DNA from: an uncultured Planctomycetales bacterium
GTDB lineage: Bacteria > Omnitrophota > Gorgyraeia > Gygaellales > Profunditerraquicolaceae
Assembly: GCA_964545575.1 (NCBI GenBank)
Contig: CAZJFL010000002.1
Span: 59,564-123,563 of the forward strand
Direction: 5' to 3'
Length of the DNA stretch: 64,000 bases
Shown in pieces: positions 19,346-28,296 of this stretch. Under the pieces are notes generated by a model, which worked only from the letters and a program-made list of their open reading frames with translations, was not told the origin of the DNA and did not search any database. The first letter of the stretch is position 1. Each line of letters starts with the position of its first letter. The translations under genes and the position numbers were made by a program.

Positions 19346-20425
19346 TTACAATACTTTTTTTAATACCTTGACAAATCTTTCGTTCTCTTTTTTGGTTCCG
19401 ACAGTAACGCGGATGAAGTTTTTCAGGCCGTACTGCTGCATCTCCCGCACGATGACGCCGTACCTTAGCAGCGCATTAAATACCAATAAGCCGTCTTTTT
19501 CCACATCCAGCAGGATAAAATTAGCCACAGAGGGAACATAGGTTATACCCACTTTATTCAGCGCGTCATAAATATAATTTTTACCCTCCAAAACGGCAAC
19601 TTTCGTCTTACGCAAGAATACCCGATCATCTAAAGCTGCTAATGCCGCTATTTGGGCTAAGGAATTAACGTTAAAGGGCTGTCTGGAACTTTCCATATAG
19701 GAAGTCAGCTCCGCATTACCCAGGGCATAACCTATCCTTAAGCCCGCCAGGCCATAGGCCTTAGAAAATGTTTTTAGCACCAGGATATTTATTTTCTTAA
19801 GATAATTCAGGGTACTGGGGTAGTCATCCACGTCAATAAAGGTATCATAAGCCTCGTCCATCACCAGGATCAGGTTTTCCGGTAGCCCAGAAATAAAATC
19901 TTCCAGCTCGTATTTAGTCACATAGGTGCCGGTGGGGTTATTGGGATTGGCGATAAAGATAACTTTGGTCTTTTTATCTATCCTCTTTTTAATCGCCTCT
20001 AAATCGTATTTAAAATATTTTAAAGGCACGCTGATCAGGGCGCGGTTGTTGACCTTAGAGATTATCTGGTATTCGAGGAACGTCGTCTCGGCAGTGATAA
20101 TGTTCTCATCCTCCGCCACAAAGGTCTTGATAATTATATCGATCAGCTCATCCGAACCGTTGCCTAAAACGACATTTGCCGCCCCGAGATTATGATATCT
20201 GGCAAGTTTTTTGCGTAAATAGAAACCGCTGCTGTCGGGATAGCGGTTGATTTGCCCAAGGTTCTTTTTTATCGCCTCCACGGCTTTCGGGGACGGCCCC
20301 AGAGGGTTCTCGTTAGAGGCCAGCTTGATCACATCCTTTAAGCCGAGCTCTCTTTTGGTCTCCTCTATAGGTTTACCCGCTATATAGGGGGTAAGGTTCA
20401 GTATATTTTTTCTTACCAAACTCAT
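19346..20425 (-). CDS. hisC: Histidinol-phosphate aminotransferase
   Basis: 359 aa class II aminotransferase with LASNENPLGPSP motif and a PLP lysine region. Confidence 0.88.
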   Translation of the reverse strand: MSLVRKNILNLTPYIAGKPIEETKRELGLKDVIKLASNENPLGPSPKAVEAIKKNLGQINRYPDSSGFYLRKKLARYHNLGAANVVLGNGSDELIDIIIKTFVAEDENIITAETTFLEYQIISKVNNRALISVPLKYFKYDLEAIKKRIDKKTKVIFIANPNNPTGTYVTKYELEDFISGLPENLILVMDEAYDTFIDVDDYPSTLNYLKKINILVLKTFSKAYGLAGLRIGYALGNAELTSYMESSRQPFNVNSLAQIAALAALDDRVFLRKTKVAVLEGKNYIYDALNKVGITYVPSVANFILLDVEKDGLLVFNALLRYGVIVREMQQYGLKNFIRVTVGTKKENERFVKVLKKVL

Positions 20426-20443
20426 CTTCTCTCCTTAAAGTAA

Positions 20444-21505
20444 TTATTCTCCTACCGGATAGGAACCCAGTATTTTAATAAACTTGCAGTGATTCTCCAA
20501 TTCCAGAAGCGCTCTTTTAACCCGCGGCTCATCGCGGTGCCCGGCTAAATCCAGGAAAAAGTAATAATCCCAGGCTTTTTTCTTGGAAGGCCGCGATTCT
20601 ATCTTGGTCAGGTTTATTTTATGCCTTTTAAAAGGCATAAGCATCTCATGCAAAGCCCCGACCTTATCTTTAATCGAGAACACGAGCGAAGTTTTATCCT
20701 GGCCGGTGGCCGGCACGTCTGTTTTGCCGATGACTAAAAAACGGGTGACGTTATGCGGGGAATCTTCTATATCCCGGGCAATAACCTTCAATTTATAAAC
20801 TTTAGCTGCCAGCAAAGAGGCGATACAGGCACTGTTTTTTTCTCTGGCGGCAATCTGGGCTGCGCGCGTAGTGCTGGATACTTCGCTCTGCTCTGCGGCG
20901 GGAAGGTTTTCCTGCAACCAGATGCGGCATTGCCCGAATACGTTGGGGTTAGAGTAAATGCGCCTGATTCTATCTTTGGCGCATTTTCCCAGAAGGTTAT
21001 GCGACACCTCCAGAATAACCTGGGCGCAGATTTTTAAGTCGGAATCTACCAGCATATCCAGAGTATGGCTTACCGCACCTTCAATGCTGTTTTCAATAGG
21101 CACGACGCCGTAATCGGCAGTACCTCTTTCTACCTCTAGAAATACATCGGCTATGCTGTCACAGGCAAAATAATCCACCTGAGAGCCGAATCTTTTTAAA
21201 GCCGCTAGATTTGAGAAGCTCGCCGGCGGGCCCATATAAGCTATTCTTAGCGGCCCTCCCGCAGATAGTCCGCAGGACATAATCTCGCGGTAGACTGCCT
21301 CAAGGGCAGAGCCGCTAAGGGGGCCTTTATTAGCCAGTTTTATTTTTGTCAAAATTTCCCTTTCGCGTTCGGGAGAATATGCTGTTTTTCCCGTCCGGCG
21401 CTTTAGGCGAGAAATATCCGTAGCAAGTTTTGCGCGCAGGTTTAAAAAACGCACTATCTCATAATCGATTGCGTCGATTTTTTTACGCAGGTTTTGTAGC
21501 TGCAT
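20444..21505 (-). CDS. pheA: Bifunctional chorismate mutase / prephenate dehydratase
   Basis: N-terminal CM_2 domain, central PDT domain, C-terminal ACT domain. Confidence 0.88.
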   Translation of the reverse strand: MQLQNLRKKIDAIDYEIVRFLNLRAKLATDISRLKRRTGKTAYSPEREREILTKIKLANKGPLSGSALEAVYREIMSCGLSAGGPLRIAYMGPPASFSNLAALKRFGSQVDYFACDSIADVFLEVERGTADYGVVPIENSIEGAVSHTLDMLVDSDLKICAQVILEVSHNLLGKCAKDRIRRIYSNPNVFGQCRIWLQENLPAAEQSEVSSTTRAAQIAAREKNSACIASLLAAKVYKLKVIARDIEDSPHNVTRFLVIGKTDVPATGQDKTSLVFSIKDKVGALHEMLMPFKRHKINLTKIESRPSKKKAWDYYFFLDLAGHRDEPRVKRALLELENHCKFIKILGSYPVGE

Positions 21506-22070
21506 TTTGCATCTCCTCTTTTGGGGGCGTCTCTTCTTTTTTTTCTTTCGGCATGGTTAAGCCGCCGATTTTAGGCAGGTCCTCCAGGGACTTTAATCCG
21601 AAATATTCCAGGAATTGCCGGGTTGTCCCGTATACCTTAGGTCTACCCGGAGCTTTTTTTCTCCCGGCGACGCGGATAATATCTTTCTCCAAAAGGTTCT
21701 GCATTAAACCGTCCACATTTACGTTCCTGATAGATTCGATTTCCAGTTTAGTCACCGGTTGCTTATAGGCGATGATGGCCAGGGTCTCTAAGGCCGGCCG
21801 GGATAATCTTTCTACGCGGCGCTGTTTGTATAATTTTTTTAAGAAAGGTGCCAGGGCTGCCGCGGTGCTCATCCGGAAGCCCTCCGCTACCTCCGTAATC
21901 CTGATCCCGCGGTTTGTAGTTTCGCATTCTGACTGCATTTCCGACAGCACGCGGCGCACCTCGCCCGTATCGAGGCTCTCTAAGACATTCTTTATCTGTT
22001 CCAGGGTCAGCGGTTTTTCGCTGGCAAATAAAAGCGCTTCGATTACCGCCTTAATATTATCGTAGCTCAT
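21483..22070 (-). CDS. scpB: Segregation and condensation protein B
   Basis: 195 aa with ScpB winged-helix repeats (EALLFASEKPLTLEQI). Confidence 0.85.
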   Translation of the reverse strand: MSYDNIKAVIEALLFASEKPLTLEQIKNVLESLDTGEVRRVLSEMQSECETTNRGIRITEVAEGFRMSTAAALAPFLKKLYKQRRVERLSRPALETLAIIAYKQPVTKLEIESIRNVNVDGLMQNLLEKDIIRVAGRKKAPGRPKVYGTTRQFLEYFGLKSLEDLPKIGGLTMPKEKKEETPPKEEMQNAATKPA

Positions 22071-22697
22071 CTACTTTTGCTTCCTCTGTTTATACACTTC
22101 GTTTAATAGCTCTTCGGTAGTTTTTATATCGCCGGCTCTCTGGAGCGCTTTTTCGATCATCTGCAGGGCTTCCGATTTTTTATACTCTAGCTGCATCAAG
22201 ACTGCCATCGCCTCATCTTTGATACTCTTTGATTTTAATTCATGCTCTCCTGCCCGGCCATCTTTTATCAGGCCGAATTTTCCCACTTTATTCTGTAACT
22301 TAGCAATGATTTCCCTGGCCCGCTGCGGCCCGATGCCCGGAAGAGACCTTAAGAACTCTACATCCGCTGCGTCTATCGCCCGCACGATTAAAGAGATGGG
22401 TTTATTCAGGGCTTTTAAAGCCGCGCGCGGCCCGATTCCGGAGACGGTAATAAAGACCTCAAAGAACTCTTTTTCTATTTCGTTTAAAAACCCCACTAAT
22501 ACCGGCGTGCTCTTGGAGGGCTCGACCTGTAAATAATGGTAAGTGATCAGGCTGATTTTACCTTCGCTGTTTATATTCTCATCGATGCGCGGCAGGAGCG
22601 TTGCCGGAAGAAAGACCTGATAAGATATCCCGCCTAGATCAAGAATGAGGTAATTTGCGCTCTTTTGAGTTACTTTGCCCAAGATGCGTGCGATCAT
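22071..22697 (-). CDS. ruvA: Holliday junction branch migration protein RuvA
   Basis: 208 aa with RuvA domains I-III. Sits upstream of ruvC and yebC. Confidence 0.9.
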   Translation of the reverse strand: MIARILGKVTQKSANYLILDLGGISYQVFLPATLLPRIDENINSEGKISLITYHYLQVEPSKSTPVLVGFLNEIEKEFFEVFITVSGIGPRAALKALNKPISLIVRAIDAADVEFLRSLPGIGPQRAREIIAKLQNKVGKFGLIKDGRAGEHELKSKSIKDEAMAVLMQLEYKKSEALQMIEKALQRAGDIKTTEELLNEVYKQRKQK

Positions 22698-23176
22698 GAT
22701 TTATATTTGACTGTGTGGCTGTGGGCGATGGCTAATGCCAGCGCATCAGTCACGTCGGTATATTTGGGCAGCTGCTCTAGGCGGAGCATACTTACCACTA
22801 CCCTTTGTACTTGATATTTAGAAGCCAGGCCCTTTCCTACCACCGCTTTTTTTACTCTTGTCGCCGCATATTCTACCAGCGGTAATTTTTCCAAGGCACA
22901 GGCGAGGCAAATGACTCCGCGGGCCTGGCCTAAAACATACGCCGTGGTCGGATGACGGTAGTGCGCGTATAATTTCTCTAAAACCAATACGTCGGGCTTG
23001 GTGTCTCTGATTAATTGCCTGACCAAGCGGTGTATCTTGCCGAGACGCGCGGAAACTTCTTGCTTGGGGGAAGTGGCAATGATACCCGCTTCTATCAAAG
23101 AGAGCTTATTTCTGGTAAAATCAATTACGCCGTAGCCGGTAACAGAAAGCGCCGGATCTATCCCTAAAATAATCAT
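22694..23176 (-). CDS. ruvC: Crossover junction endodeoxyribonuclease RuvC
   Basis: 160 aa, MIILGIDPALSVTGYGV RNase H-like fold. Confidence 0.92.
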   Translation of the reverse strand: MIILGIDPALSVTGYGVIDFTRNKLSLIEAGIIATSPKQEVSARLGKIHRLVRQLIRDTKPDVLVLEKLYAHYRHPTTAYVLGQARGVICLACALEKLPLVEYAATRVKKAVVGKGLASKYQVQRVVVSMLRLEQLPKYTDVTDALALAIAHSHTVKYKS

Positions 23177-23931
23177 TATTCTCCGGAAGCCGCCTGCTCT
23201 AAGATTTCGTCGGGTATATCGAAGTTAGCGTAGACGCTCTGGACATCATCATGCTCTTCCAGGGCTTCCACTAAAGCTAATACCTGTTTTGCGTCTCCCC
23301 CGGCGACCTTAATCGTAGAGGAGGGAATCATGGTGACTTCCGCAATCTGAAATTTTATTCCTTTTTGTTCCAATACCTGCTTTACTTTTTCTAAGTCCGC
23401 AGGGGCAGTGGTAATCTCATAATTTTTATCATCGTATTTCATATCCTCAGCCCCCGCCTCCAGTACGATATCCATCAATTCTTCTTCTTTAGCTTGGGTC
23501 CTATCGATCAGGATGTAACCTTTTTTGGTAAACATCCAGCTTACTGAGCCGGCGCCGGCCATATTTCCGTTCTTTTTAGACAGGATATTACGTAACTCCG
23601 CGGTGGTGCGGTTCTTATTATCCGTAAGGGCTTCGACCATAATCGCCACCCCTCCCGGTGCGTAGGCTTCATAGGTGACGGTCTCATAAATTACGCCCGG
23701 AAGCTCTCCTGTGCCGCGCTTAATTGCCATCTTAACGTTATCCGAAGGCATGTTTGCTTCTTTGGCCTTGGCCATAATCGCGCGAAGCTTGGAATTATTA
23801 TCGGGATTACCGCCGCCTTCGCGGGCGATAACGGTGATTTCCTTGATCAGCTTGGTATAAGTAGCTCCTTTTTTGGCATCCGCCAAATTTTTCTTGCCTT
23901 TATTCGTTTTCCATTTTGAATGACCAGACAT
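23176..23931 (-). CDS. yebC: YebC/PmpR family transcriptional regulator
   Basis: 251 aa, MSGHSKWKTNKGKKNLADAKKG signature. Confidence 0.92.
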   Translation of the reverse strand: MSGHSKWKTNKGKKNLADAKKGATYTKLIKEITVIAREGGGNPDNNSKLRAIMAKAKEANMPSDNVKMAIKRGTGELPGVIYETVTYEAYAPGGVAIMVEALTDNKNRTTAELRNILSKKNGNMAGAGSVSWMFTKKGYILIDRTQAKEEELMDIVLEAGAEDMKYDDKNYEITTAPADLEKVKQVLEQKGIKFQIAEVTMIPSSTIKVAGGDAKQVLALVEALEEHDDVQSVYANFDIPDEILEQAASGE

Positions 23932-23959
23932 TTTCTCCCTCCTTAAAAATTATTACTTA

Positions 23960-24026
23960 ATATCAAGGTATCAATGTGTCAATGTATCAAAAAACTTTGA
24001 TACTTTGATACATGACACTCTGATAC
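23960..24026. repeat. Family A palindromic element between yebC and rnpB
   Basis: ATATCAAGGTATCAATGTGTCAATGTATCAAAAAACTTTGATACTTTGATACATGACACTCTGATAC. Confidence 0.8.
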
Positions 24027-24036
24027 TTTTTTAAAA

Positions 24037-24433
24037 GGGGCAGGTAGAATAAGCCGAGTCTTGTCCGGAAACGATTATCCGTTGCCTGGTGATCATTCCT
24101 CTAAGTCCCCGATATTACCATCAGGGCTCAAGCAGCCTACCCGAGATTAGTGACGGGGCGGACAAGCCCCTCATCTCCTATTTGGCCTTGCTCGGCGTAG
24201 AGATTACCTCGTTTCACGTTGCCGCAAAAACGCAAAACGTCGGTAAAACGCAAAAATATTTTGCGCTTTTGCGTAAAAATTTTGCGTTTTTGCGGTTGCT
24301 CGTCTCTGTGGCTCTAAATCCTCTCCGGTTATGCGCCGGAGGGCGGGTATTACCCGCTACGCCTGTCCTCCTGAGCTCGGACTTTCCTCCCGCCATTGAT
24401 TCAGTGGCGGGCGACCACCTTCTACCTGCCCAG
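24037..24433 (-). ncRNA. rnpB: RNase P RNA (bacterial type A-like) with an expanded AT-rich P12-like helix
   Basis: The reverse strand contains GGAGGAAAGTCCGAGCTC and GGCCAAATAGG...GGGTAGGCTGCTTGAGCC...ACAAGACTCGGCTTAT. A P1 pairing of GGGCAGGTAGAA at the 5' end with TTCTACCTGCCC at the 3' end closes the molecule. Confidence 0.85.
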
Positions 24434-24445
24434 ATTATCAAAAAA

Positions 24446-24856
24446 CTATTTTCTTCTCTGCGCTTCTTTTATTGCCTTATTTGCTAATTTATCCGCGCCG
24501 CGGTTATTTTCGCGGGGGATATGCTTCAAAGATACGCTCTTAAAAGCAGACATCAGATGCGTCGCCTGATTGTATAAGCCGACAATATTCGGGCTTTTTA
24601 TTTTATAATCTTTGTTTAATTGCCGGTAAAGTAGCTGGCTATCGGTATTAATTTTAATGCTTTCTGCCCCTAGGATCAGGCCTTCCTGCAGGCCGTAAAT
24701 TAAAGCCGTATATTCGGCTACATTATTTGTAGCCCTGCCGATGAAACTCGCTATATTCTTAATCGTTTCGCCTTTAGCGCAGACTACCACCCCGATGCTG
24801 GAGGGGCCGGGGTTGCCTTTAGAGGCACCGTCGATATAAATCTCAATTTCTTTCAT
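24446..24856 (-). CDS. rnhA: Ribonuclease HI
   Basis: 136 aa, DGASKGNPGPSSIG...TNNVAEYTALIYGLQ...ADKLA catalytic pattern of the RNase H type 1 family. Confidence 0.85.
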   Translation of the reverse strand: MKEIEIYIDGASKGNPGPSSIGVVVCAKGETIKNIASFIGRATNNVAEYTALIYGLQEGLILGAESIKINTDSQLLYRQLNKDYKIKSPNIVGLYNQATHLMSAFKSVSLKHIPRENNRGADKLANKAIKEAQRRK

Positions 24857-25571
24857 CCTTAATATATAACATCCGGTTACAAACTTCGCAGGTAATTATT
24901 CTTTCGTACATCTTGATCAGGTTGATCACCTGCGCAGGCACAAACATATTACAGCCCTGACAGGAATTACCTTTTACGCTCACAATAGCTAATCCGTCGC
25001 GGTTATTGAGTATCCTCTCGTATTGCGTCAGGATTTTTCTGTCTATGCCCGGCATGACCTGATTTCTCTGCCCTTGCAATTGAGCTAAGCGGTCATCTAT
25101 TTCTTTGATCCTCTCCTGGATTTTCTTTTTCTCTTGGTTAAATTTCTTTTCCTCCTCTTGCAGGGCCTGTTTTTCCTTATCAGTATCAGCCTTTACCCGG
25201 TCTAGCTGATCCATTAAAGCTAAAATCTCGTCTTCGATGACCGAACTGTCTGCTTTAGCGTCATTGATCTGCTGCAGCATGGTCTGGTATTCTTTATTGG
25301 TTTTTAAGGAATAAAGCTGAGCCTGGAGTTTCTTGGCCCCTTCTTCTTTACTGGCCAGCTCCAATTCCCGGTCTTTCTTCTGTTTCTGGGTATCCAGCGA
25401 TTTTTTCTCTAAGTCTGCCAGCCCCTGTTTTTTTGCCTGGAAGGCATCATCTAAGGCTTTGGTTTCCTGCGGCTTGGCTTGTTTTTCTGCCTCCAGATTA
25501 TAAATTTCGGTATCAATCGTCTGCAACTCCAGGAGGTTACGCAGTTGTTCTTTTAAATCAAGCCCCGACAT
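24843..25571 (-). CDS. Coiled-coil protein with C-terminal C4 zinc ribbon (COG1579-like)
   Basis: 242 aa, long coiled-coil region, C-terminal CQGCNMF...CEVCNRMLY zinc ribbon. AAGGAG RBS upstream. Confidence 0.65.
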   Translation of the reverse strand: MSGLDLKEQLRNLLELQTIDTEIYNLEAEKQAKPQETKALDDAFQAKKQGLADLEKKSLDTQKQKKDRELELASKEEGAKKLQAQLYSLKTNKEYQTMLQQINDAKADSSVIEDEILALMDQLDRVKADTDKEKQALQEEEKKFNQEKKKIQERIKEIDDRLAQLQGQRNQVMPGIDRKILTQYERILNNRDGLAIVSVKGNSCQGCNMFVPAQVINLIKMYERIITCEVCNRMLYIKDERN

Positions 25572-25662
25572 CCTTCTCCTTTTCCCGCTAGATTAGTGTA
25601 AGTATCGCCTGCGGGATCCCGCCCGCTAAGGCATAGCTTAGCGGGAATTTTCTGACATAAAA

Positions 25663-25736
25663 TGGGCGTAATAGGACTTGAACCTATGACCTCTACAATG
25701 TGAGTGTAGCGCTCTAACCAGCTGAGCTATACGCCC
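25663..25736 (-). tRNA. tRNA-Val (anticodon CAC)
   Basis: Manual cloverleaf fold: GGGCGTA acceptor, GCTC/GAGC D-stem, anticodon loop CTCACAT, T-loop TTCAAGT. CCA is not encoded. Confidence 0.85.
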
Positions 25737-25742
25737 TGTATT

Positions 25743-25807
25743 CGCTTATCGCTTAGCGCATATTGCTTATCGTCCAAACGATATGCGATTAGCCATATGC
25801 GATATGC
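25743..25807. repeat. Family B palindromic element, intergenic copy between two tRNA genes
   Basis: CGCTTATCGCTTAGCGCATATTGCTTATCG-TCCAAA-CGATATGCGATTAGCCATATGCGATATGC. Confidence 0.8.
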
Positions 25808-25814
25808 TAAACTC

Positions 25815-25887
25815 TGGGCCCGCAGGGATTTGAACCCCGGACCAAGTGATTATGAGTCACCTGCTCTGACCACTGAGCTACGGGCCC
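25815..25887 (-). tRNA. tRNA with CAT anticodon (elongator Met or Ile2/lysidine)
   Basis: Manual fold: GGGCCCG acceptor, anticodon loop CTCATAA, T-loop TTCAAAT. No initiator signatures. Confidence 0.8.
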
Positions 25888-25958
25888 CGAACAGCTTACA
25901 ATTATAGAACTATATGATACTATTCTAAAGAGTTTTTGGCAAGATAAAAATTGGGGAA

Positions 25959-26291
25959 TTAATTTATAGCCGGGTGCCGGGCAGAGGTAAGAGTGATATT
26001 CAGGGAATGCAGGTAAGCAATAAGGTACAGCTTCTTTTCGCAGATCACATACACGCTTCCTTTAAGTTTACAGAAGAATCTTTCCGCCTGCTTGAAACTG
26101 TTATGCTCCCTGGCCACATACAGCTGCGGCAGGGGCTTGGCGGCTTTTGTATCCGGGACTTCCTTAACCAGGCAGATAAAATGGCGCTGGATTACGCTCT
26201 GCACTCCTTTCTTGTTCATGATTTCAGAGCTCGCCAAAACCCTTCTCTTTTTATCCTGGGAAGTTAAGTTTTTAAAGACTAGGTCGCGCAT
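25959..26291 (-). CDS. Hypothetical protein (orphan ORF)
   Basis: 110 aa ORF on the dominant coding strand with no recognisable domain. Preceded by three direct CACAGATT repeats. Confidence 0.3.
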   Translation of the reverse strand: MRDLVFKNLTSQDKKRRVLASSEIMNKKGVQSVIQRHFICLVKEVPDTKAAKPLPQLYVAREHNSFKQAERFFCKLKGSVYVICEKKLYLIAYLHSLNITLTSARHPAIN

Positions 26292-26306
26292 AATTGAGAA
26301 CCCTTT

Positions 26307-26346
26307 AATCTGTGAAATCCGCTTTTTAAAATCTGTGTAATCTGTG
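26307..26346 (-). promoter_or_regulatory. Three direct repeats of CACAGATT upstream of the orphan ORF (candidate operator)
   Basis: AATCTGTG occurs on the plus strand at 26307, 26330 and 26339, immediately upstream of the ORF start. Confidence 0.35.
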
Positions 26347-26553
26347 TTAATGAAAGAGCCGGGTTACTGTAATGTAAGATTCCTCCTCCTTTTTGTCGGT
26401 AACCCGGCTATCCCCTAACCTTCCTCTTGTGCCTGCCTGCCGGCAGGCAGGGCTGGTGGGGATTAATGCAGAAAAAGTATAACATCATAAGATAAGTGTT
26501 TTCAAGGGAATATGGGGGTTTTAAGAAAGCGGTTTCTTTCGGGTTTCCAGAGG

Positions 26554-27189
26554 CTAGGCGGGTTTCTTGAAACTGATGCGGGGTTCCTTGCCCTGAAAGA
26601 CCCTACGGAGGTTTCCGCGGTGGCGCAGGATGATGAAAATAGCCAGCAATACGCCTGCCAGAATCAAGGTCAGGGGTTCTTTAAAGATGAACATATAGAC
26701 CGGTATGGCTACGGCGCTCAATATCGAAGCCAGAGAGACCATGCGCGTAATCGTAAAAACAAAAGCCCAGGTTAAAATTACCAGGGCAAAGATTAATCTT
26801 AAGCCCTCTATTTTAAAAGCTAAACCCAGCAATACGCCAAAGGTAGTGGCTACTCCTTTGCCCCCCCTAAACTTAAGAAATACCGTCCAATTATGGCCCA
26901 AGATACAAGCCAGGCCCAGAATAACGCTGATGGCAGTATCGGTCATGCCTGTTCTCGGGGCGAATATATCCGGCAAAAATAATACCGCTATAGCCCCTTT
27001 AGCCATATCTAAAAGCAACACCGTTATTCCGGGGCCTTTACCTAACACGCGCAAGGCATTAGTTGCTCCGACATTGCCGGAACCGAACTTTCGGATGTCT
27101 ATACCTTTGAGGAACCGCCCAAAGAGGTAAGCGGTAGGGATAGAGCCGACGAGATAACTAATGATGATTGCGGGAATTATCCAGAGCAT
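26554..27189 (-). CDS. plsY: Glycerol-3-phosphate acyltransferase PlsY
   Basis: 211 aa membrane protein, GSGNVGATNALRVLG motif. Confidence 0.9.
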   Translation of the reverse strand: MLWIIPAIIISYLVGSIPTAYLFGRFLKGIDIRKFGSGNVGATNALRVLGKGPGITVLLLDMAKGAIAVLFLPDIFAPRTGMTDTAISVILGLACILGHNWTVFLKFRGGKGVATTFGVLLGLAFKIEGLRLIFALVILTWAFVFTITRMVSLASILSAVAIPVYMFIFKEPLTLILAGVLLAIFIILRHRGNLRRVFQGKEPRISFKKPA

Positions 27190-27724
27190 AGAGTATTTTA
27201 AACCCTCTCTTTACATAATCGATCCCTGAGACGACGGTAAAAAACACCGCTATCCACCAGAAAATAAAGGAAAACCCGACTTGCATCAGTATGGCGATCA
27301 CCGAAAGCATCTGAAAAATAGTGCTTAATTTTCCCCATTTGGTAGGGAAGATTTCAATATTTTGCCTGACCATGAAAATAACTACTGTCCCTAAAATAAT
27401 GATGGTGTCCCGGCTGATGACGATAAAAGTAACCCAGAGCGGAAACCTTAAAGTAAACTCTTTTAAGAAGGACAGGCAGATGAATGCGCTCATCAGCAGC
27501 AGTTTATCTCCCAGGGGGTCTAAAATCAGGCCGGCCTTAGACTGCTGTTTTGTTTTACGGGCAATATAGCCGTCAGCGGCATCAGAGACGACACCCAGGA
27601 TAAAAATAATCAGCGCTATATAGCGCAGGTATTCTCTTTCCGGAAGACGGTAATAGATCAGGCTAGCCACAAAAAAAGGCACGGTTAAGATCCTGAAAGT
27701 AGAGATTTTATTGGCAAAGTTCAT
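27158..27724 (-). CDS. pgsA: CDP-alcohol phosphatidyltransferase (probable phosphatidylglycerophosphate synthase)
   Basis: 188 aa membrane protein with the DAADGYIAR...GLILDPLGDK CDP-OH transferase motif. Confidence 0.8.
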   Translation of the reverse strand: MNFANKISTFRILTVPFFVASLIYYRLPEREYLRYIALIIFILGVVSDAADGYIARKTKQQSKAGLILDPLGDKLLLMSAFICLSFLKEFTLRFPLWVTFIVISRDTIIILGTVVIFMVRQNIEIFPTKWGKLSTIFQMLSVIAILMQVGFSFIFWWIAVFFTVVSGIDYVKRGFKILYALDNSRNHH

Positions 27725-28296
27725 TTTATCATCCTAATGCGCTGGGGCGGCCAGTAAATCAATATTGCATTGCCGAGAATATTTTTATGCGGGACAAAAC
27801 CCCAGTAACGGCTATCCTGGGAAGAAGCGGAATTATCTCCCATCATAAAAAAACTATCCTGCGGTACGATTATTTTTTCCCCTTCTGCTGCGAATTCTCC
27901 GCGGTTGTAGTAATAGATACTGCTAAACATCGGGTCTAAAAGCGCTTTATCATTGATGTAGACCGTGCCGTTTTTAATCTCTACTCTTTCACCCGGCAGG
28001 CCGATCAGGCGCTTAATAAAATCCTTTTTGGGGTTTTCCGGATATATAAAAACTACGACGTCCCCTCTACGGGGCTGCCTGACTGCCGGCAATCTAGAAT
28101 CGGTAAAAGGGATTTTTGGCCCGTAAATAAACTTATTGACCAAAAGTATATCGCCTTCTAAGAGGGTAGGCCGCATAGAGCCGGTAGGGATTTTAAACGC
28201 CTGCACTACAAAAGCACGGATTACCATCGCCAGAATAAAGGCAATGATGATGGATTCGGCCCAGTCGCGCACTACGGATTTTTTCTTAGGGTTCAT
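27721..28296 (-). CDS. lepB: Signal peptidase I
   Basis: 191 aa, GSMRPTL box B and GDNSASSQDSRYWGFVP box E. Confidence 0.9.
   Translation of the reverse strand: MNPKKKSVVRDWAESIIIAFILAMVIRAFVVQAFKIPTGSMRPTLLEGDILLVNKFIYGPKIPFTDSRLPAVRQPRRGDVVVFIYPENPKKDFIKRLIGLPGERVEIKNGTVYINDKALLDPMFSSIYYYNRGEFAAEGEKIIVPQDSFFMMGDNSASSQDSRYWGFVPHKNILGNAILIYWPPQRIRMIK

Noticed and set aside
24089-24487. Plus-strand 132 aa ORF and minus-strand 75 aa ORF (24214-24441)
   Set aside because: Both lie within the RNase P RNA gene (rnpB), so the open frames are incidental to a structured RNA.
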